Shown here: one piece after another, positions 26,327 through 32,000 of the stretch | How the letters are laid out: the number at the start of each line of letters is the position of its first letter | Numbering within the stretch: position 1 is the stretch's first letter | Origin: Microcystis aeruginosa NIES-2549 | GTDB lineage: Bacteria; Cyanobacteriota; Cyanobacteriia; Cyanobacteriales; Microcystaceae | Length of the DNA stretch: 32,000 bases | NCBI RefSeq assembly: GCF_000981785.2 | Contig: NZ_CP011304.1 | Location: 720,001 to 752,000 of the forward strand | Direction of reading: 5' to 3' | Made by a program: the position numbers and the translations under genes | Notes under the pieces: generated by a model | Seen by the model: only the letters and a program-made list of their open reading frames with translations | The model's database searches: none | Told to the model about the DNA's origin: nothing

Positions 26327-27214
26327 ATGAACCGATTAGCTAGATTAAGGGTGGAAGATATACAAGCTTGGCTCGGGGAAGTGCATTTATCAGATAGGAA
26401 GGGTCAGACTCCCTATTATATTCCGGTTTTGAACCAAGTTAATCCGGAGGTTTTCGCTCTTCAGATTCACTGTCTTGAGGGGGAGATTTTGTCTTGGGGG
26501 GATGCAACTGTAACTTTTCCTTTGATGAGTGTGATTAAACCTTTTTTGTTATTATATATTTTAACTCATTTAGGGGAAGATGCTGTTTTTCGTCGCGTGG
26601 GAAAACAAGCTTCTAGTTATCCTTTTAATTCTTTAACTCAACTGCAAGAGGATTGCGGTTTTCCCCGTAATCCTATGATTAACAGTGGTGCGATTGCCTT
26701 GGCGGATTTATTAGCAGGATCAACGCCGGAATCTCGCTGTGAAAATTTGCTTTTATGGTTAAATGAAATGGGTAATTGTCAATTATTTCTTGATCGCTCT
26801 GTGCTTGAGTCTGTTCACTCTTATCCTAATACCCACAATCAAGCTTTAAGCTTAGAATTAGAAAAAAACGGTTATATTAGTCATCGTTATTTAGCCCTAG
26901 AAACCTACAATCAAATCTGTTGTTTATCTGGAAAAATTGCCGATCTTGCTAATTTAGGTAAGTTGATTTTAGCTGCTCCTTTTGGCGAAATTATTCTAGA
27001 AATTATGACTAATTGTGGACTCTATGAAGCTTCCCAACAATTCGCCCTTGAGGTAGGTTTTCCCACTAAATCGGGAGTTAGTGGGGCCCTATTATCAATT
27101 GTACCAGAACAGGGAGCGATCGCTTGTTATAGTCCCCTGTTAAATGAGCAAGGTAATTCAATTTTAGGACTTAATTTATTAACAAAAATAAGTCATTTTG
27201 TCAAGGAAAATTAA
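26327..27214 (+). CDS. glsA: Glutaminase
   Basis: YIPVL...LMSVIKPF (the SxxK of the serine-dependent glutaminase family)...NPMINSGA...KSGVSG motifs. Confidence 0.85.
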   Translation: MNRLARLRVEDIQAWLGEVHLSDRKGQTPYYIPVLNQVNPEVFALQIHCLEGEILSWGDATVTFPLMSVIKPFLLLYILTHLGEDAVFRRVGKQASSYPFNSLTQLQEDCGFPRNPMINSGAIALADLLAGSTPESRCENLLLWLNEMGNCQLFLDRSVLESVHSYPNTHNQALSLELEKNGYISHRYLALETYNQICCLSGKIADLANLGKLILAAPFGEIILEIMTNCGLYEASQQFALEVGFPTKSGVSGALLSIVPEQGAIACYSPLLNEQGNSILGLNLLTKISHFVKEN

Positions 27215-27217
27215 TCT

Positions 27218-28939
27218 ATGAAAATAAGCCTTAATTCCTCAAAAAAACACCGATTCTATTTGGTAATTATCTTGCTGATATTTATGGCTTTATGCGTCAC
27301 CAGTTTATTTTTCCCCCTACCAGAATCTCTCAATTATGATGAAGGTTATCATTATGAAAGTGGACTAGAAATTCTCAGAGGTAGGGCAGCACAACGGGGC
27401 GATGAAGATATTTATCATCGCAATATTATGCCAGCTTCAGCGCTGCCTCCCCTAGTCGATCAAACAATACAAAATCTTTTTCCTATCTCTAAATATCTAA
27501 ACTTAGAAAATAAGTTTTTTGGACGGTTTGCCACGATTATTATCTCAGTATTTCTAGCCATATATGTTTTTATCTGGTCAAAACAACTCTATGGATTATC
27601 AGCAGGATTCTTGGCTTTAATTATCTATATTCTCGACCCTAATATTATCGGGCATTCACGGATAATTACTCAAGATTTATTCGGAGCCGCCTCAATTTTT
27701 ATTGCCAGTTACTATTTCTGGTCTTTCCTAAGATTTGGTGGCAGAAAAAATCTAGTTTTAAGTATATTAACTTTTGGAATTGCCCAGATTTGCCGCTTGA
27801 CAGCCGTTTATTTAGTTCCCATCTATGTAATTTTAAGCGTAGGTTTTTACCATCGGGAAATTATTCAATCTATTCAACAGAAAAATATTTTAGTTATTCA
27901 ACAAGGAATTAAGCGCAGTATTTTCTATATATTAGCTCTGATTTTATCAACAATGTTAATCATAAATATTGGTTATTCTTTCGAGGGAAGTGGCAGGCAA
28001 TTAGGAGATTATCAGTTTCTCAGTCAGAGTTTTCAACGGCTGCAAACCAATCCTATCTTCAAATCTTTACCGATTCCTATTCCCGCCGCTTATTTGCAAG
28101 CATTAGATTTCGGAAAGTATAAACAAGAAACGGGTTTTGGTAGTGGAATGCCCTATCTTTTGGGACAGTTAGGATTTATAGTTGATCCAGTACAAGGATT
28201 TAAAATCAAGGGATTTCCCCAATATTTTCTGATTGCTTTTCTCTATAAAGTACCGATAGCTACCCAAATATTTATCTGGTTGGGATTTATCAGTTTATTT
28301 CTCTGGAGAAAACAGTTAAATTTTTGGCAGAATGAAGCATTTTTGATTATTCCCACTGTCTTATATTTCATCTTAATGAGTTCTAACACTGCTCAAATAG
28401 GTATTAGATATATTTTAATGATTTTCCCTTTTTTATTTGTCTTTGCTAGTCGTATTGTTACCAGTTGGCCAGCTTATAAAAGACCCTATCGCATTTTAAT
28501 TATTGTCCTGACCCTTTACTTACTAATTTCCAATCTCTCCTATTTTCCCCATTATATTTCCTATTTTAACGAATTGGTTATTGATCGCAAAATGAGCTAT
28601 CAAGTTCTGGCCGATTCTAATTTAGATTGGGGACAAAATAAAAATTATCTGCAAGACTATCTTCAAAAACATCCCAACGCTCTCTTTATTCGTTATGACG
28701 GAGATAATAAACTTAATTTAGTCATCGAGAATCAAAAAGTTGCAACCCCACAGGTTTCCCTGGATAATCCGATTAATTTACTGGTGATAGAAGCTAATCA
28801 ATTAATTGGTATTACCACCGATTCTAACCATTTTTACTGGCTGCGTTCCAGTCGTAAACCTATTGATCATCTTGCTTATAGCTACCTAATTTTCAAGATT
28901 TCCTCCCAAGATGCGACCAATATTTTTGGTAAAAATTAG
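27218..28939 (+). CDS. Polytopic membrane glycosyltransferase, GT-C fold (ArnT/PMT family-39-like)
   Basis: 573 aa with many TM helices. There is a DEGYHY motif in the first loop, as in GT-C enzymes. The start is 3 nt after the glsA stop. Confidence 0.65.
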   Translation: MKISLNSSKKHRFYLVIILLIFMALCVTSLFFPLPESLNYDEGYHYESGLEILRGRAAQRGDEDIYHRNIMPASALPPLVDQTIQNLFPISKYLNLENKFFGRFATIIISVFLAIYVFIWSKQLYGLSAGFLALIIYILDPNIIGHSRIITQDLFGAASIFIASYYFWSFLRFGGRKNLVLSILTFGIAQICRLTAVYLVPIYVILSVGFYHREIIQSIQQKNILVIQQGIKRSIFYILALILSTMLIINIGYSFEGSGRQLGDYQFLSQSFQRLQTNPIFKSLPIPIPAAYLQALDFGKYKQETGFGSGMPYLLGQLGFIVDPVQGFKIKGFPQYFLIAFLYKVPIATQIFIWLGFISLFLWRKQLNFWQNEAFLIIPTVLYFILMSSNTAQIGIRYILMIFPFLFVFASRIVTSWPAYKRPYRILIIVLTLYLLISNLSYFPHYISYFNELVIDRKMSYQVLADSNLDWGQNKNYLQDYLQKHPNALFIRYDGDNKLNLVIENQKVATPQVSLDNPINLLVIEANQLIGITTDSNHFYWLRSSRKPIDHLAYSYLIFKISSQDATNIFGKN

Positions 28940-30369
28940 AAACTATTAATCAATGCTTTTTCTGATTTTTCTTGCCAAGTACCGTGAAACCCCGGAGGGA
29001 TAACACTGGGTAATTGCAGACAGCAAAGGGGTTCTTTTTCTAACTGCTGACTATCATAGATTCTCACTTGGCTGCTGTGATTATTGCCGTCGTAAACTAC
29101 GACGATTAACCATCCCGTTTCTGGAGATAAACCATCGCAGACAAAAATCGGTTCAGTACCATAACAGTTATTTTCCAGATAAGCAATAGTTAACTTACCT
29201 GTGGAGTGATTATAACAAGCAGGAAGTCCGATAATTTCCCGACTAATATCGCTATCGGGACGATGGACAGCTAAAAAAGTATTTTGCCATTTTTGTCCCA
29301 CCAGTTGCGGGGAAACCACAGGAAAATCACAGCTTAAATCCGAGAGAATTTCCTGATTAATCACTTTTGCTGATAGGGGATTGATGGTGATATTTGCTAA
29401 TTTTCCGATGGCTAAGGTTTCGGTTTCACCCGTGACAACTTCTTTTAAAAATTGATTAGTTTTAAAGTCATCATAACGGACAAAAACAATTTCAAGATTA
29501 CCTTGGTCATTCACACAACCATTAGCGAAGTGCCATTGAAACCATGAATCTGTAACACTTTCACTGACTAATTGCAGAGAATCTCGCTCAAAAATTAGTA
29601 TTCTTGTTCCTAATTCTGGCTGCCACTGCATGGCATCACTAAAAGTTTTAAATCCCAACAGTATCGATAACTTATCCGCTTTTATCGGTGGGACAAAAAA
29701 GACGAGATATTGTCCCGCTAAAACAAAGTCATGCAGCAGCGACAATCTATCTAAATCAAAAGTGTTTTTCTGGATAATTTCACCAGTGGAGTCAGACTTA
29801 TAGAGATTTAAACTAACTTTGGCACTGATTGTCACCCCGAAATTAAAAATCTCTCCTCTGAACACATCTACTTTAGGATGAGCGGAAAAAGTTTCCTTTG
29901 CTTGTAAGCTAGATAAATTATCTAAACCTAGGGTTTCTAAAGATTGTAAATCTAATTTATGGGGAAAACCCCCTTCCCAGAGAGCTAATAATTTATCGGG
30001 TAAAGCTAACACCGAGGTATTAGCGGCATTTTTTACCTCTTTTCCCCAATTATTCCAAAAGAAGCCGGGGGCATTCATGCCATAATTAGGAAATAAATAT
30101 TGATTAGCGACGCTTTCTTGCTGATAACCAGCAGTCTGAACATAACGATAGGTGGCACTGGCTCCCTTATCATGAAAATGTACAGCTAAAACTGCCCCAT
30201 CTCCGTCAAACCAATGACCAACTTTTTGCTTACCTCTTTCTAATCTCCCCGGACCATTGCGATAGAGACTCCCTCGCAATCCATCGGGAATTTTCCCCGA
30301 TAATAAGGTTAATTGCGTTTCAGAAAATTCCACTGCTGGTTTTTCTAAAGATTTTGCCCAAGCTTTCAT
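28936..30369 (-). CDS. Carotenoid (apocarotenoid) cleavage oxygenase, RPE65/CCO family
   Basis: LYRNGPG, HWFDGDG, SAHPK, LHDF, HFANG and FHG motifs (the four-His iron site pattern). Confidence 0.9.
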   Translation of the reverse strand: MKAWAKSLEKPAVEFSETQLTLLSGKIPDGLRGSLYRNGPGRLERGKQKVGHWFDGDGAVLAVHFHDKGASATYRYVQTAGYQQESVANQYLFPNYGMNAPGFFWNNWGKEVKNAANTSVLALPDKLLALWEGGFPHKLDLQSLETLGLDNLSSLQAKETFSAHPKVDVFRGEIFNFGVTISAKVSLNLYKSDSTGEIIQKNTFDLDRLSLLHDFVLAGQYLVFFVPPIKADKLSILLGFKTFSDAMQWQPELGTRILIFERDSLQLVSESVTDSWFQWHFANGCVNDQGNLEIVFVRYDDFKTNQFLKEVVTGETETLAIGKLANITINPLSAKVINQEILSDLSCDFPVVSPQLVGQKWQNTFLAVHRPDSDISREIIGLPACYNHSTGKLTIAYLENNCYGTEPIFVCDGLSPETGWLIVVVYDGNNHSSQVRIYDSQQLEKEPLCCLQLPSVIPPGFHGTWQEKSEKALINSF

Positions 30370-30482
30370 AGATTTGTTTTTTTACTGATTACATAGTTAA
30401 GTATAGCCCTAGGCTAGGTTCAATGACAATAATTTCGGCAGTTTACCAGTTAATTAGTATTTACCACAACCTATCAATTATG

Positions 30483-31115
30483 TCATGATAAAGTATCGGG
30501 ATTAATTCCCAGAGAACGGATATATTCAGCTAAACGTTGAGCTTTTTGAGATAACTCAATAGAAGTCAAAAATTTCTGACCATCTAAACTATAAATTTCT
30601 AACTCATCTCCTCTCAATTCAAATCGGATCTTTAACCGAGGACTAACCCATCCGTTAATCTCAGGTATAGAACTTAATAGTCCTTCCCGTCTCAACCATC
30701 CCTGAAAATTATGAGAATCCGGATCATAGAGATAGTATTCTTCCACTCCATAACGTTGATAAAAGAGTAGTTTTCGCTCCATTTCTTCTAAACTATTAGA
30801 GGGGGAGAGAATTTCAAAAACCACTTGAGGAGCAATATTATCTTCTTGCCATTGTTTATAGGAACCCCTTCTTCCTTTCGGACGACCAAATACTACCATA
30901 ACATCGGGAGCAACCGGTCCAGTAATTTTCTTATCTTGGACAGGATACCAGAGCAGATCCCCCGCAATAAAAACGTTAGGAGAATTAGCAAAGAGAATCT
31001 CAAGATTTTCTTTGATTTTAACGATCCATTCATATTGTTCGGTATTATCGGCCATGGGTTTACCGTCACTATCGGGGTATTCAATATCTGGATCAATAGC
31101 TGGTGTAAAGGTCAT
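30483..31115 (-). CDS. Uma2-family (DUF820) endonuclease, array copy 1
   Basis: YPDSDGKPMADNT, APDVMVVF, VVFEILSPSN and YGVEEYYLYDP (PD-(D/E)xK-like Uma2 pattern). AAGGAGG sits 7 nt upstream of the ATG. Confidence 0.88.
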   Translation of the reverse strand: MTFTPAIDPDIEYPDSDGKPMADNTEQYEWIVKIKENLEILFANSPNVFIAGDLLWYPVQDKKITGPVAPDVMVVFGRPKGRRGSYKQWQEDNIAPQVVFEILSPSNSLEEMERKLLFYQRYGVEEYYLYDPDSHNFQGWLRREGLLSSIPEINGWVSPRLKIRFELRGDELEIYSLDGQKFLTSIELSQKAQRLAEYIRSLGINPDTLS

Positions 31116-31136
31116 AATTTATCCTCCTTTAAAGAT

Positions 31137-31808
31137 TCATAAAGTATCGGGATCAATTCCCAGAGAACGGATATATTCAGCTAAACGTTCAGCTTTAAGA
31201 CGCTCCTGTTCTAACTGTAAACTTGCTTCTTCAGCTTTTTGAGATAACTCGATAGAAGTCAAAAACTTCTGACCATCTAAACTATAAATTTCTAACTCAT
31301 CTCCTCTCAATTCAAATCGGATATTTAACCGAGGACTAACCCATCCGTTAATCTCAGGTATAGAACTTAATAGTCCTTCCCGTCTCCACCATCCTTGAAA
31401 ATTATGAGAATCTGGATCATAGAGATAGTATTCTTCCACTCCATAACGTTGATAAAAGAGTAGTTTTCGCTCCATTTCTTCTAAACTATTAGAGGGGGAG
31501 AGAATTTCAAAAACCACTTGAGGAGCAATATTATCTTCTTGCCATTGTTTATAGGAACCCCTTCTTCCTTTCGGACGACCAAATACTACCATAACATCGG
31601 GAGCAACCGGTCCAGTAATTTTCTTATCTTGGACAGGATACCAGAGCAGATCCCCCGCAATAAAAACGTTAGGAGAATTAGCAAAGAGAATCTCAAGATT
31701 TTCTTTGATTTTAACGATCCATTCATATTGTTCGGTATTATCGGCCATGGGTTTACCGTCACTATCGGGGTATTCAATATCTGGATCAATAGCTGGTGTA
31801 AAGGTCAT
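31137..31808 (-). CDS. Uma2-family (DUF820) endonuclease, array copy 2
   Basis: The first 148 aa are identical to copy 1, with the same 21-nt spacer and SD. The tail is 13 aa longer. Confidence 0.88.
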   Translation of the reverse strand: MTFTPAIDPDIEYPDSDGKPMADNTEQYEWIVKIKENLEILFANSPNVFIAGDLLWYPVQDKKITGPVAPDVMVVFGRPKGRRGSYKQWQEDNIAPQVVFEILSPSNSLEEMERKLLFYQRYGVEEYYLYDPDSHNFQGWWRREGLLSSIPEINGWVSPRLNIRFELRGDELEIYSLDGQKFLTSIELSQKAEEASLQLEQERLKAERLAEYIRSLGIDPDTL

Positions 31809-31829
31809 AATTTATCCTCCTTTAAAGAT

Positions 31830-32000
31830 TCATAAAGTATCGGGATCAATTCCCAGAGAACGGATATATTCAGCTAAACGTTCAGCTTTAAGACGCTCTT
31901 GTTCTAATTGTAAACTTGCTTGTTCTAACTGTAAACTTGCTTGTTCAGCTTTAAGACGCTCTTGTTCTAACCTTTGAGATAACTCAAGAGAAGTTAAAAA
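31830..32000 (-). CDS. Uma2-family endonuclease, array copy 3 (C-terminal 56 codons only; continues past the window end)
   Basis: My own translation: FLTSLELSQRLEQERLKAEQASLQLEQASLQLEQERLKAERLAEYIRSLGIDPDTL*. The stop at 31832-31830 is exactly 693 bp from the copy-2 stop. Confidence 0.8.
   Translation of the reverse strand, partial: FLTSLELSQRLEQERLKAEQASLQLEQASLQLEQERLKAERLAEYIRSLGIDPDTL

Larger units (their letters stand above)
30483..32000 (-). repeat. Head-to-tail tandem gene array (units of 654 bp, 693 bp and a third, partial unit)
   Basis: By eye, 30721-31136 is identical to 31414-31829 (416 bp). The ORF-track shadow ORFs 30825..31142 and 31518..31835 are identical. Confidence 0.9.

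Noticed and set aside
27218-28939. The GT-C glycosyltransferase gene looks more AT-rich than its neighbours, which could indicate horizontal acquisition.
   Set aside because: I cannot compute GC or codon statistics reliably by eye. Membrane proteins rich in I/F/L/Y are AT-biased anyway, and the gene is tightly coupled to glsA.

Overview
This is a cyanobacterial chromosomal window. It has HIP1 GCGATCGC sites, STRR-like heptanucleotide arrays and several Uma2/DUF820 genes. The repeat flavour and AT-rich composition resemble Microcystis, but I cannot prove that from the sequence alone. The backbone is ordinary housekeeping: ctc/L25, purA, an LptF/G-family permease, a dipeptide epimerase with a DUF1611 gene, cobO, argC, dacB, plsX-fabH-fabD, moeA, glsA, a GT-C glycosyltransferase and a carotenoid oxygenase. 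It carries a heavy load of mobile and decayed DNA:
- two tnpB-only IS200/IS605-family elements with matched LE/RE hairpins and omega-RNA-like 3' ends;
- a broken ISAs1 transposase;
- an IS4-family transposase fragment butted against a 5'-truncated, nonsense-mutated aldo/keto reductase;
- a truncated and frameshifted DUF389 gene;
- a Uma2 gene cut off by a MITE-like element.
The most unusual observations are:
1. A head-to-tail array of at least three near-identical Uma2 endonuclease genes at the right edge, whose C-terminal tails differ by whole heptad repeats.
2. Sense-oriented CAGTRAW heptamer arrays that start at or just after the stop codons of four genes, with inverted CTGATAA arrays before the next start codon in the pls/fab cluster.
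3. A 52-bp direct duplication of the plsX 3' end flanking a 119-bp insert.
4. A tnpB element wedged into a short divergent sensor/response-regulator promoter region, ending 9 nt before the regulator start codon.
I recognised no rRNA, tRNA or CRISPR array. I did not find a clear new multi-gene system; the Uma2 array is the best candidate for undescribed biology. All coordinates of non-ORF features were hand-counted and may be off by a base or two.
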